A stretch of 63,933 bases of DNA, from positions 248,068 through 312,000 of the forward strand of contig JBDOQK010000013.1 of assembly GCA_040437565.1 (NCBI GenBank). The letters are read 5' to 3'. Position numbers and translations under genes: made by a program. The stretch comes from Albugo candida (Eukaryota). The notes beneath the pieces were generated by a model, which worked only from the letters and a program-made list of their open reading frames with translations, was not told where the DNA came from and did no database searches. Positions 1 to 15,121 of the stretch are shown one piece after another (within the stretch, counting starts at the first letter, position 1; each line of letters starts with the position of its first letter).

Positions 1-79
1 TACAGATAAAATAAGTCGAAAAGTTTTCGATCATGATTTCCTCCGGAATACTATATGTAAAATTAACGAAACAGCTCTG

Positions 80-2808
80 TCAAGTTGCAATGTATTTGCG
101 GATAGCATGCAACAAATCCTTTGATTCCTTCATGTAGTCAATTGGCTCCAGATTGACCACGTTCACTTTGACACGCGACTCACCCTGTACATTTTCAGCC
201 TTGATTCGAAGCCGCAATACATAGGACTTGAATAGAGCTTCTTTAAAAATTGTTTCGAACAAAGCCGTGTTGGTATCTTTGATCTCTGCTATTTCATCCG
301 CGGTCCGTTTATTCAGAATAACTCGGCCTTGATCATTGAAACATGTGACCCAAGAACTTCCTGTGTGGTCCACAATAACCAAAGACATGATATATCTGTT
401 CTCACACGTTTTGTATACCGTTTGACATTTCTCGCAGCTGTAATTCTGCGCGACATCAGCAATCACTTTCTTATTGCACTTTGTGCATGCTTGGTAGTAT
501 AAGCCAGAGTCGTGTTTGATGTAATTAACCGTTCCTTTAACAGTGATGTAATCTGGCTTTTGATCAAACNNNNNNNNNNNNNNNNNNNNNNNNNNNNNNN
601 NNNNNNNNNNNNNNNNNNNNNNNNNNNNNNNNNNNNNNNNNNNNNNNNNNNNNNNNNNNNNNNNNNNNNATGTAATCTGGCTTTTGATCAAACCCCAATT
701 GTCTTCCTTTTATGTCCGTCAAATTAGCTCTTTCAGCGAAAGAGCCGAGAGAGCCACCACCAAATCCACTGGATCCCACACTTAGAGAAGTTGTCTCACT
801 CGTACTACCGCCATTATTGTACCAACTGAGTAGAAATCCAGCTTCAGAAATCGCTGGATTTACGCTAAAATGGGAGCTAGAGAGGGTTCCGATGGATCGA
901 CCGTTGTATTCACTGATGCGGCAACCTTTTATTGCAAGGACGTTGTTGACCCAGCTTGAGCAGTCTTCTTGAGCTCGATCATTCCATAATGTCACGCGAA
1001 CTTCCGCCATGGAATCGTCCACAAGAACCAAATCTCGCTTGAATAATTGTTTCCCAGCTTTAGAGATGATCTCACTTACAGGCTCAAGTTGTTTTACGAC
1101 CCCAATCACATCAACATTGGCATCTGCGGGCAATTTCTCTAGCATCCCAATTTTTTTAAAATTGTAATTCATCTGTTGAATGCCACGGTCATCAGAGGCC
1201 AACGATATCTCCGAGTGCTGATCGAATGTGATCTCGTAGTCATTGTTCACGGAGGAAAACTTGCGATTGGCCATGCGAATTTTGCCTCCCGAGAAGTAAA
1301 ATACTTGACCAGGACGCAAAACATCGTAGAATTTATCTACTGCGTCATTGAACATGGTACCTCGGATTTCTCCACCTTTTGAATCTAGCAAATCAATACT
1401 GAATAATTTTCCTTGACCCCGAGCATTTGTCCAGTTCTTAATTGGGGCGCGATTAGTCACCCTCGCTTTGATAGTCCAGCGCCCACCGGTATACGGGTTC
1501 AAACTCTGGATATCTGATAACNNNNNNNNNNNNNNNNNNNNNNNNNNNNNNNNNNNNNNNNNNNNNNNNNNNNNNNNNNNNNNNNNNNNNNNNNNNNNNN
1601 NNNNNNNNNNNNNNNNNNNNNTCATTGAACATGGTACCTCGGATTTCTCCACCTTTTGAATCTAGCAAATCAATACTGAATAATTTTCCTTGACCCCGAG
1701 CATTTGTCCAGTTCTTAATTGGGGCGCGATTAGTCACCCTCGCTTTGATAGTCCAGCGCCCACCGGTATACGGGTTCAAACTCTGGATATCTGATAACCT
1801 GATGTTTGGATCTTCACGAACCACAGAGCCTTTTTGATTGTTAATTGATGCTCGGCCACCAGCTGCATGCGTCGAAGGTGTCATTTCAGTTCTTGCCTGC
1901 TGATGTATACTCATCGATTGTACAGAAGAGGACGGAAGAGAAAGTGGTTTTGGCACGGGGATGCCTACCGAAGGGGTTGCTGGACGCCCACCATTGCTAC
2001 TCTCAATACTTTGCGGATTTCCAATCCTCTCGTATGCTGGTTTTATCTCACCTAAGCTTAGAACAATCAGAATCCTGTTCAAAGCTCTACAGTGAGCTTC
2101 ATTTGGACATTTTGTGCAATCAACCTTTACCTTCTTCCCTGCACATCATTGCCCAAATAATCTTTTAATTGAACGATGTAATTTTCTTTTAAACTCTCAT
2201 TTTGCATCAACTGAAAGGATATGTGTTAAACCTATACAGTTGGTGGGATATAAAACACGCANNNNNNNNNNNNNNNNNNNNNNNNNNNNNNNNNNNNNNN
2301 NNNNNNNNNNNNNNNNNNNNNNNNNNNNNNNNNNNNNNNNNNNNNNNNNNNNNNNNNNNNNACCTTCTTCCCTGCACATCATTGCCCAAATAATCTTTTA
2401 ATTGAACGATGTAATTTTCTTTTAAACTCTCATTTTGCATCAACTGAAAGGATATGTGTTAAACCTATACAGTTGGTGGGATATAAAACACGCACTGGTA
2501 CGAGTTGTGTTGCTAACATTCCACTGATAAATGAGGTGCCGTCTGACAGTATAATCCTAAATTATTAAAAGAACTTTGTTTATAAACGCGAGATTTCAAT
2601 GGAATCACATGCCTATATCGATCACTACCAGCTCCGGAAGCTGGTTTGATCTTCTTGATGTCAATTATCTATCATTTAAAAGCATAGTATTGTTGGAATC
2701 AGCTTCATCAAAGCAGATTACATGCATTAGCACCTGTAACCAAGGTTCAAATCCTTCAGGTTCTTGCTTGAGATACAGCATTTGAATAGCATTGGTGGTC
2801 AAACTCAT
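80..2808 (-). CDS. RPA1: Replication protein A 70 kDa subunit (multi-exon; interrupted by three gaps with overlap duplications)
   Basis: N-terminus MSLTTNAIQML (ATG 2808); OB folds LNPYTGGRWTIKARVT..GKLFSIDLLD..GEIRGTMFN and VDVIGVV..KRDLVLVD; C4 zinc ribbon CTKCNKKV..CEKC; stop at 80-82. Confidence 0.96.
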
Positions 2809-2950
2809 CAGTAAAATAATACAAATTCCCGCTAAAATCGCACTTAACCTCCAACGATGCGATTCAATACCGGTAATATCAGACACTTTGCCACGAGAAT
2901 AGAGTAATTTTTATCTCATCCAGCGCCATTAATATTCTCAAAGTAGCTTT

Positions 2951-4793
2951 ATGAGACAAGTGAAGCATTTCGTTTTTGTAGTTTTTTGCATCTGCAACCT
3001 CCTTGCAACCTGTTTTTCAGTGAAGCAATGGGAAGACAGCGGCCACAGAGAAGAATCTGCGACTTGCTCTATTCCTACGGAGACTGATTCTACCCCAGCC
3101 ACATGTAGTGCTCCATCAACGACGGTGTCAGAAGTCCCAAACCATAATGCGGAGTTTGTGGCAACAAACGACTGGCAAGAATTGCTTCAGGGACAAAGCG
3201 TTCCACCTGTACTGCTTTAAATTGTGAAGTTTGCTCGTGTTATCATCACTTAACTTTGGATTTGATGTAGGGCTTACACGTGCGTGTAAATTTACAAACA
3301 GGCAAACGAGAAGCCAAANNNNNNNNNNNNNNNNNNNNNNNNNNNNNNNNNNNNNNNNNNNNNNNNNNNNNNNNNNNNNNNNNNNNNNNNNNNNNNNNNN
3401 NNNNNNNNNNNNNNNNNNACTTTGGATTTGATGTAGGGCTTACACGTGCGTGTAAATTTACAAACAGGCAAACGAGAAGCCAAAATTCTGGATGCGAATG
3501 AAAAAGAGGCAGATAATGCTGCTGTATTGGTTGATAGTCCTGATGAGGGATCAGAAGGAGTGCTGCAGACTTCAGCATCAGCAGTTGGCGAAGTGAAGGA
3601 AGATCATGAGGCCACAGATAAAAGCTATGACAATGTAGAGATTTTGAATGAATCTGAAAGCTTTGTTCCAAAAGAACCGGATTGGAATCACGAAAAAATG
3701 TACGAATTATTAAATTCATTGCCTGAACCGCCCAAAGTGGGTAACATGGACATCAATGAAGCGCAAAAAAAATTATCAAAGGATGAATTCCGTCGAGAAA
3801 TTATCCGCTTGTGGAAAAATCGTCAAGCAGATCTCAAATTGGCTCTGGATGCCTTGCAAAATGATTCAAAATATCAAGGAGAACTGATCGATTCCTTCCA
3901 TGAAGCAGGCCTTGAAGGAAAGGTAGAAGAACAGCTTGTAATCTTAGAAAAGCTGGAATGGGAAGTGCAGGATCTCGACAAGACACATATATTTCATTAT
4001 ATCGGCGGTTTTGATTTCGTACTGGAGCAACTGAATGCTTCGGATCTGAGAATCGCCGCCAGTGCTTGTTGGGTCATTGGAACAGCATGCAAATACTATG
4101 ACGATGCTCAAGTATGGGCTATCGATGCCGGGGTCATGCCGAGACTGCTTCAACAACTAGCCGTTGAGAGTTCAATAACATCGGACAATCAAGATCAGCA
4201 ACTTTCAATCTGGGAAGCGAGAAAGAAAGCACTATATGCGATTACATCGATCATGCGGTCCCAGGATCGAGCACGCAAACTTTTTCTTCAATTTGATGGC
4301 GAACGAGCTCTTGGCCAGTTTTTTGGGGGAACCGCGCCGTATAATGTCCAAATCAAAGTACGTCAAATTGCGCATTGTCTCTCAAATCCGCATTTAAAAG
4401 TTTGTGCAGGCGCTTTTCCTTGTCCATGACACATTAGTGGAAGCAGAGTCAAAAAAATCAGAAATAGCTTTGCATCCTGCTTTATCGAAACTTGACGAAG
4501 CGTTCAAGACCGGTGAGTGGTGCGAACGTGTGGTCAACTTCTATGAGACATTCCATGAGAACCTGGTTCCCAGTCACTTGATTGAGGCCTTGGAAACACT
4601 GACAGCTCAAGCAGATATGTGCTCCTCGGTTTTCCAACAAGCCAAGCTGAGAGCTCAATTGGACAAGCAGATTGCAAATTGGGAAAAAATGAAGCTTGCG
4701 GAAAGCGATGAGGAGCTGACACATGTACTTAAAGCTGCGCGTACTTTGATTGAGACCTTAAAAAGCTCAGAGACCTCACATGAAGAATTGTGA
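2951..4793 (+). CDS. SIL1: SIL1/BAP-like ER nucleotide-exchange factor for BiP (3 exons)
   Basis: Hydrophobic signal peptide; FVATNDWQELLQGQSVPP|GLHVRVNLQTGKREAK motif; ARM-like repeats; C-terminal HEEL ER-retention signal. Confidence 0.88.
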
Positions 4794-4838
4794 AACTAAG
4801 ACTTGATCGGAGATTTTGTGTGCAAGCGGATGAGTTAT

Positions 4839-6130
4839 CTACTTGAACTTAGGAAGAAATCCCCACACTTCGATTGAATATAGCTCAAATTCAGGATTGC
4901 GCGTCAAACAACTGAAAAGAAAAGTGTGAATAAGCCTGTAATCATAATGACATGCCAATAAGGGACACAAACGGATTCATGAATGTAGAGGATTGCCCGC
5001 TGCTTCCTTTTGACATCTCGGAGTCAATGTACCAAGCAAACCGCCCCCTGATCAATACCCCAGTTAATGCGATGGAAGGAGTATGTGAAGAAATCAGTAT
5101 TCGTACCCTCCACCCATAGCAATGCATCGACAATTACTGAGCATGAAAAAGGAATTTCGCTTCGTCCATGTATACTTTCTAAATTCCGGAGTGCAGCTGA
5201 ATACATAACATTCTCCATTTCCGTAATAAGAACTTGTTGTTTGCCATNNNNNNNNNNNNNNNNNNNNNNNNNNNNNNNNNNNNNNNNNNNNNNNNNNNNN
5301 NNNNNNNNNNNNNNNNNNNNNNNNNNNNNNNNNNNNNNNNNNNNNNNTGTAATCATAATGACATGCCAATAAGGGACACAAACGGATTCATGAATGTAGA
5401 GGATTGCCCGCTGCTTCCTTTTGACATCTCGGAGTCAATGTACCAAGCAAACCGCCCCCTGATCAATACCCCAGTTAATGCGATGGAAGGAGTATGTGAA
5501 GAAATCAGTATTCGTACCCTCCACCCATAGCAATGCATCGACAATTACTGAGCATGAAAAAGGAATTTCGCTTCGTCCATGTATACTTTCTAAATTCCGG
5601 AGTGCAGCTGAATACATAACATTCTCCATTTCCGTAATAAGAACTTGTTGTTTGCCATGGCGTGGTCACAAAGCCACCAAAAACATCTCCGTGAACCGTT
5701 TCTAGTAGAATCAATGTCGGACTATCATTCTTCACTCTGTGCATGAAAGTCTCCAGACTTGCACCATGGTGAGACGATGTATACAATAAATTCCAGTTGT
5801 AATTCCTAAATCTGTGTGGAAGTGACGCTTGTAATGAGCCCATAAGCATTTTTTGGTGCTTCATATTGCACAAAATTTTCGATTCAAACGCTCCGATCAG
5901 TTCTGGTAATTCTGGTTCATGAGATCGAGATAATAGTCGCTCGGAATACGACCGTGCTCCTCGGCTATCAAACGCTACTCTTTTTACTTCTTCGTGAGTC
6001 TGTTGAGTCAACAGCGGAATTCGCTCTCTACGATCAGAGCTAAGCCAGACGATGGTGAGCTTTAGTCTCCTCTAATTCTCTTCTATACCTAAGATAAGCA
6101 AGGTCCGAATTTCCCGGGCCATCTTCTTTC
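4839..6130 (-). CDS. TLDc-domain protein (OXR1/NCOA7-like); 5' end uncertain; gap duplicates 4937-5247
   Basis: LPHRFRNYNWNLLYTSSHHGASLETF..GDVFGGF..YYGNGECYVFS..IAMGGG|GRFAWYID..SSTFMNP|CLTRNPEFELYSIEVWGF; stop at 4839-4841. Confidence 0.88.
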
Positions 6131-6784
6131 ACGTGAGGAAGAACGAGCAAGCTGTGACATCGATTGCTCGCCAGTTTGGTATTCAGTGCGTGTTTCGTAA
6201 CGTCATTCACGTGGTGCCTAAAGTGAAGAATGCATTGCCAATGCCAGAGAATGTGGGTGGATGCTTAGTACTTACTCATGACTAAGACAGTCACGATCAG
6301 AGTCTGTAGGGAAAAAGCATTGCAGAAATGCATTCATTGCAGGTTATCTGAGGGGAGAATCTTCGAAGAAGCGTCGAAAACTGTTTACCTATTCACACAT
6401 GTTTTCGACTTTTCAAATCCTCGATTCTAATTTATAGCCCTTCTCTTTCCACACTCCTGACAAATATTTTCTGGTGATGTCCATTACTGACCTAGCGCCA
6501 TATCCTGTTCCTTCTCTTGATTTACATCTAAATACTAAATTTCTTATGCTTACTCAGCTGATTTCATCACAAGAAGTGTTGTTTAAACGCTTTTATACTC
6601 TGCTTGAAGCGTAATTTTGTAAGCATTTTAGGAATGCTTGCTCACCCAATTAAAAGCATTGTGCTCGACAAAATATTCGCTTACGTAAGAAAGCATCGAA
6701 CTAGCTACAATTACGTAGCAGTGACTATCAGTCAATGTTTTCGACAGAAGGAGCAGTAATGTGCGTACCAAAGCTTTTATATAA

Positions 6785-8480
<1,696 letters not shown>

Positions 8481-10071
8481 CTTGATGTCGCCACATAACT
8501 TTTTTTATTTTACGTCTCAGAGATGCAACTTTTACGGCACGCTCGCCACATACATTGTCATAAATCGGCAGTCTTAGAGAAATTCAAATTGATTGCTTTG
8601 ATGGTTGCACACTTTTTGTAGTCTTGATCTGATGCAAGTAAAGCAATAAGCAAAGTTGAAGTCTCGATTCAGTAGAGCTTGAAGGCACTAGCAACACTGC
8701 TGTCGCGTAATTTCGCAGTTCCAACATTCCCATTACGATGTAATTCAAAGAAGAGATTGGGTGGGACTCATTTCCATTGCGGTAGCGGTTGCAAAACAAT
8801 CAATGCTGGAATTCCTCTAACTTATCCTACTTAGCCTCAGTCTCAAGTCGCATTCCAAGGCAATGCATACTGATCAAGTGCGCCTTGGCTTCTACCAAGC
8901 TCAATCAATAATCTGTCTATCGTGCCTCCGCTTCATCAACATGTAACTCAACACGAAGCCCATCTCAACTGAGCATATCAGCATCAAACATAACAAGCAG
9001 GCAATCCGACATCTACAGAAGCTCTAGAGGCTGTTGATATGAAACAATGCGGATGGAAACCCTAATCGGAACAAACCAGAGAGGGCAAAGAATAGAAAAT
9101 CGAGCGAAACATGATGATATAGAGGGAGGACATGAGAAGAAAGAAGGGGAAGTAAAGCGAAGAGGGGGGAGAGAAAATGGTGGAACCAAACAATCTCTAA
9201 ACCAAGAACTTCTTCCTTCTAAACAGAAAGCTGACGTGGAATAAAGATCTACTGGTGACCTCTCCACGCACTCAGCATCCGCACCACCACAACCGAAGGC
9301 AAACGGCCTCGAAGACAATCAGAAATGGCGACTCTATCGCACTTCTCCTTCCGACCAAAAACAATTGAGCGTGCACGCCACGGACAGAGTAATTTTGCTA
9401 CTGGCAATCAAGGTGTCGGCGAATTTCGGCAACAAAGCACGGTTCATGATACAAAACCCTAGCATTACATCCAAATTGCTGATGCAGTAATTTTTGTTCA
9501 CAGATACTCTAATTTAATCTGTGCTGATTATTTCGGATTCTACTTTTGATGAATTTAAATGAAGTACGAAACCTGCGGAAAAGTCCGTAGTCGACAAGGG
9601 AACTAAACTGTACGTGAGCGTGTAATGGCTAGAAACGTTATGGCAAAAGTCGGCCATTGCAGCAAATGTAACTTGGAACATAGAAAGGATTTATTAAAAG
9701 AGCCTGCAACGATCATTATGCTTCGCTCAGCATAAAAAGTCGTAAATAGCAAGGAGTGTTGGACTTACTTATTGATAGCAATGCGCGATCAAAATAATCC
9801 AAAGCTCGTCATGTAGCTGATTCCCCAATATGTGTCTTATTTTTATGATAAGGACCCCTTATTTTTAGGCGTAAACGTCGACGAACTAGTGCACGATATT
9901 TCTTGATATCGGAAGTCGATTTCACAGGATTTGTTTTGTTTTCGGAGTATCTATCACTGTGATGTGTCGAAAAAAGGTTGTCAATCGCAATGATAACTTT
10001 CGTTTGAAAAGCAACTGATAGTTTCACCTTATTTGAGCAATGTAAAATGTATGCCATTGCTTCGTAAGTCT

Positions 10072-10393
10072 GGGCGCTGCTCGCGCTTACGAGGGAGCGA
10101 AAGAAAGCTCAAGATTTATAAAAACCCTCTATCTTTCATTTGTCCTTTTACAGCTATCTCAACAATATGGTCTACACTGAATTATTCCTCGCTGAACTCG
10201 TTCCCTTCAGCTACATAAATTGACGAGTGGAGCCACAAGAGCGCGTAGGTAGCTGAGGGAAATGAGTCCAGCGAAAAAAAAATTGATGCAGACCATATTG
10301 GTTGGGATAGCTGGAAGAAGACAAATGAAAGGTAGAGCACTTTCATCAATCCTAGGCTTTTCGTTCACTCCACCGTAAGCGCGAGCAGCGCCC
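10072..10393. repeat. Long imperfect inverted repeat (arms 10072-10214 and 10249-10393, 34-nt loop); fold-back/MITE relic or hairpin-RNA locus
   Basis: Outer 20 bp are perfectly complementary (GGGCGCTGCTCGCGCTTACG ... CGTAAGCGCGAGCAGCGCCC) and the arms align to the loop (..TCAGCTAC / GTAGCTGA..); the second copy at 10777-11098 lies in a gap-overlap duplicate. Confidence 0.9.
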
Positions 10394-12677
10394 GGCCTTT
10401 GCACCAACTGTCGCAAACATGCGTATTGAAGTCAAGTCATTTGATCGCGCTTCCATAGAGTTTTCCCAGACTCGCTACTTNNNNNNNNNNNNNNNNNNNN
10501 NNNNNNNNNNNNNNNNNNNNNNNNNNNNNNNNNNNNNNNNNNNNNNNNNNNNNNNNNNNNNNNNNNNNNNNNNNNNNNNNCGTCGACGAACTAGTGCACG
10601 ATATTTCTTGATATCGGAAGTCGATTTCACAGGATTTGTTTTGTTTTCGGAGTATCTATCACTGTGATGTGTCGAAAAAAGGTTGTCAATCGCAATGATA
10701 ACTTTCGTTTGAAAAGCAACTGATAGTTTCACCTTATTTGAGCAATGTAAAATGTATGCCATTGCTTCGTAAGTCTGGGCGCTGCTCGCGCTTACGAGGG
10801 AGCGAAAGAAAGCTCAAGATTTATAAAAACCCTCTATCTTTCATTTGTCCTTTTACAGCTATCTCAACAATATGGTCTACACTGAATTATTCCTCGCTGA
10901 ACTCGTTCCCTTCAGCTACATAAATTGACGAGTGGAGCCACAAGAGCGCGTAGGTAGCTGAGGGAAATGAGTCCAGCGAAAAAAAAATTGATGCAGACCA
11001 TATTGGTTGGGATAGCTGGAAGAAGACAAATGAAAGGTAGAGCACTTTCATCAATCCTAGGCTTTTCGTTCACTCCACCGTAAGCGCGAGCAGCGCCCGG
11101 CCTTTGCACCAACTGTCGCAAACATGCGTATTGAAGTCAAGTCATTTGATCGCGCTTCCATAGAGTTTTCCCAGACTCGCTACTTCCGTTTCTCAAGTGT
11201 CTTTCTTGCCGACTTTCCTCTCCGTATGTGATACGCTGCTACATCATCAGCAGTCTCCTCAAATAACGTAGTGCTACACCCTGCTTCATACCATGTATAA
11301 GAATTTGAGATGTTCCATTCCCTATTTTATCGCTGGACACTAAAACAAAATCTGGTCGGCTTATATCTATAACTCTCACCTTCTTCTCGGGAGCGTGCGA
11401 CACGTGTGAGCTGTATCTTGGAAGGTTTGGGACTATACCTAGCGTGCAGAGAGTGCATTTTGTGATGTAAGGGATCTAGTTTAGAAAAATGTGGAAAGGC
11501 TCGACCACTGCAAACTTTTCAGACACAGCATACGGTGATATCAAATAGTAGTGAAATAATTCAAGATAGGTTTTGGCTTAGAGCCTAAAGACTACAGCAT
11601 GTATAGCAAGCCGCATTTCGTGCAAGAGCAATGATGCGTTATACGCCTCTCTTACTTCATAATGCAGTGCGCTCTTATTCAATTTTACAGCATCCTGACA
11701 GCGTAATGACATGAGAACGTTAAGCAGGATATTGGAATCCCCGAATTACGTGTCCCTCTATAGCGACCATAGCATCCGTTGCCTGAATCATTCCATCGAG
11801 CAAATAATGACGACATCTGAGAAAGCTATCAAGTTTGCCTTTGTCCCAACTTCACGTCTTTTCTAGATTTGTATAGCTCCTCTCGCGCGCTGTATATTCA
11901 AACGCAAGTACAGAAGCGTGAGGAACGATTTCACACACCACGATATCGATAAATCACATGGGGTAACCGTCATTCCACTGATGACATGGAACATCGATGC
12001 ATTTTCATCAGCGACAGATTCCGTACAGATAATGATATTCGCGTGCAACTGAAGTGGTTAGCTTGGCCTAATGCTGTCGAAAACATTCAAAGAAGCCAAA
12101 CGCAGTCTACACGCGCGTCGGAAGGTGATATTCCATAGCGTTATGTCCTACTTCCACCGCGAAGGAACACAAGACCTCCGACCTCTATTTATTCGAAGAC
12201 AAGTAAGGCTTGGTACATGAATGAAAGCAATGAATCACGGTACCTCCATCTCGTCACAAACAATCGATAAAGAGTGCAATAGACCGGAGGATGCATCTAT
12301 GCCGAGTGCTTTATCATACCGCTTGATGAGACTACTCGCGATGCTGATGCTCTTCTTACGGCTTCCATTGACGATCCACTAGCAATAGGATGTTCCCCCT
12401 TTATAATAACGAATGCTACCATGGACGACTGCCAGTGCTGAATGTACGCCAGACCGAGGCTGCACTGAGACGATTGAACGTGATTGTCGGAGCTATTTGC
12501 GTGAAATTCAGCACTAACGCATTCTGTTTGCGAATGAAAATGCAAAAAGATCAGTGTCATGAGGTCCGACTACGTTCATCAGCTGACTGGCATTTCGTGT
12601 GTTTTCGAGGGTTGATAGCTCGTAGGAGAGAGAGATTGCAAATGCGAAAGCCGCTTGCATGTGCGGAAGTACGATCC

Positions 12678-14539
12678 TCAAGGATTGTACCCCATTGTCA
12701 TCGTCAAAGAGCTGGTCTGGTGACTGATGTAAGACCGAAGAGAGCGCTTAAGGTCACGAGTGCTCATCGAGTTGAACGTCGACCCGTTATTCTTTCTCAC
12801 TAACGAGATAAACGATGCTGAGAGGATCCGACGGCACGCATAGTCCACTGTTCTCTTTTTGCGGACGTGCTGGCTATCGCCGGAAATGAGGAAGCCCTTC
12901 AGCATATAGTTATCATGACACTAATCTTGATGGTTTTTGGATCATTTGACTCGTATCGGTAATATCGATAAGATTGTGAGTATCTCATGGCGTCGATGAT
13001 AATGATTTTTACAATTCTTTATTTCTCACATAAATTTGCGACCTCTACCGCTTCCTGCAGCATTTAGGAACTGATAGTGCATCAAAGATACGCACACGGA
13101 GTATTCTATGAAAACGAAAGAATATTCCAGTCGCACCATCCTATGGCACATCATTCTGTCCGTTCGTCTCGAAGTTTAACTGTTAAAACGCGAACAAAAT
13201 GCTCCCAGATCTTTAATGGGACAATAAAGGAACCCATTAGCATCAACGCCGTTCTCAAATGATTTTCAAAGCACTTTTGTCGCCAGCAGACATTTCTGAT
13301 AACGGTACTCTCTTCAAGTAGGCCGTGCTCGGCGGGCTTTGTGGCACCATTGCTATAACCCCTTCCACCGCAAACGTTAGTTCCAATAAACAGCTTTTTA
13401 CCATCCATTATAAGAATTTTTTAAGGTTTTTGCTGAATCTAACTTCACGTCGGATGGGATTGTGTGCAACGTCAGCCATTCTGTCGTATTCGGTGCTCAG
13501 ATGTACACCACAGCAATCATAGATGTTAAGGCTGAATGAAAGTTGAATAGCAGGTGAACATTGAATGACTGTGCATGCTTTCAATACAAAAAAACGTTTA
13601 ATTTCTTCCAAACCACTGCTTGGAGCTTATAGTGTTTCAGCTGTTTCGACGTCTTGTTGCTTTCTATGGAGTGTGGAGACGGATTATTCTCTCTTTGAGT
13701 GCTCTATGGTTGGTAGATGGTAGTAGCCGCAAATGATGGGCGAAGACTTCAAAGTGTCGCCGCCACTCCCAATCGTTCCAATAGATCGCAGCACAAAAAA
13801 CTCAAACAATACAGCAAAACTTTGAAATGGTACCATCACATTGGTCGTGTACCATTCTATCGGTACACGTTCCAAGCTTGTTACTTGATTCGAAATCGCA
13901 TTGGAATGTGTTTAACGTTCCACTCNNNNNNNNNNNNNNNNNNNNNNNNNNNNNNNNNNNNNNNNNNNNNNNNNNNNNNNNNNNNNNNNNNNNNNNNNNN
14001 NNNNNNNNNNNNNNNNNNNNNNNNNGTATCAATCACAGTGTCAAAAATTTCTTCGAGTAGGGTAAACATGTTAACGTTCGCTGATTTTTTTTAAAGTGAT
14101 TCCAGGCATCCTTGAGTTCCTAGCCATATTCTCCATCTTCTCCATCAATTAAATCTGAGTCTGGTCTCTTTGCGGAATTTCTGCGTGGCGATGAGATGGA
14201 GAAGCTTTAACGTGCCTTGGCAGTCAATTCGTCAAAACTCTCGTTCCAATTGATCCGATTTGCTGATATGCCAGGTATATCAACAAATCAGATCAATATA
14301 TACACGAATCCTGTCGATTTGATGCTGAAAGACATCAAAAGAATAGAATAGAAGGAACTTGATGCGAGCATGACTATCACGTTTATGTAATCAGATGCTT
14401 GTAAAGTTATATGTTGTTCTGTCAATAGTAAACTCGGAATCATTCTTGCGTTATAGAAGTTTTCATGAAGAGATGCACCATACTGTCATAATACATAAAC
14501 CGCGCTTATCGCATATTTGCCTTGAGTTTAGCCACCTCT
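12678..14539. repeat. Segmental duplication block X (inverted, diverged copy at 58907-61265)
   Basis: Reverse complement aligns throughout with 58907-61265 with many substitutions and indels, e.g. paired ORFs MERVPIEWY/MERVPTEWY and MLKGFLISGDSQHVRKKR in both. Confidence 0.93.
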
Positions 14540-15121
14540 TTGTCCTATTCGTACAATGTTTCGATGAAGTATTGGAATCCGCTTGTGAAAATTGGCGCAC
14601 GTCTGTAAGTGTATGGAGTGAGTCCTAAACTACTCTATTGGCACTTTCGTTCTTTAAGGGATTCCCCGTGGTACAAAAATTTTATATTTGGATTAGTTAA
14701 GTATCTGATTCTGTAGTTCCTTCCGATGTCCGATGGTGTTGAGGGATCTCCTTGGTGGAAGCGTTTGTCAGGAAGCGGGTGGAACTCGCACTGATCCGAT
14801 TCGCGAGAAAGATAAATTTCGTCTGCTTGCCAAGTCCACGCACAAGCGATTACTAATCGCCAAGGTCGCGATCTCGCACTCTACTGCCAAGACCTTCTCA
14901 ACCGCTTTAAGCACAGAAATGGGCAGTTTTGGAGCAACTGGCTTGTTTTGCGCATTCTTTCCTATGCGATATCGAAATGTACTTTGGAGAGGAAACGGCA
15001 CATGCTCTTTATCTGATCTTTTGGCTGTAATTACAAAATAGAACCAAATCCTTGCCATCGCATCAAATACATTGGTAGAGATTGTTGCGCGACATTCTCT
15101 GATTTTGGAAGATGCTGTAGA

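Noticed and set aside
549-5657. Internal repeats and apparent frameshifts in RPA1, SIL1 and the TLDc gene
   Set aside because: All coincide with 100-N gaps with duplicated flanks, so they are not pseudogenisation
9876-11185. Tandem repeat giving two hairpin copies
   Set aside because: Identical flanks around gap 10481-10580; only one hairpin is likely real
13300-13460. DGKKLFIGTNVCGGRG as a DEAD-box motif V relic
   Set aside because: Similarity is weak and no other helicase motifs were found
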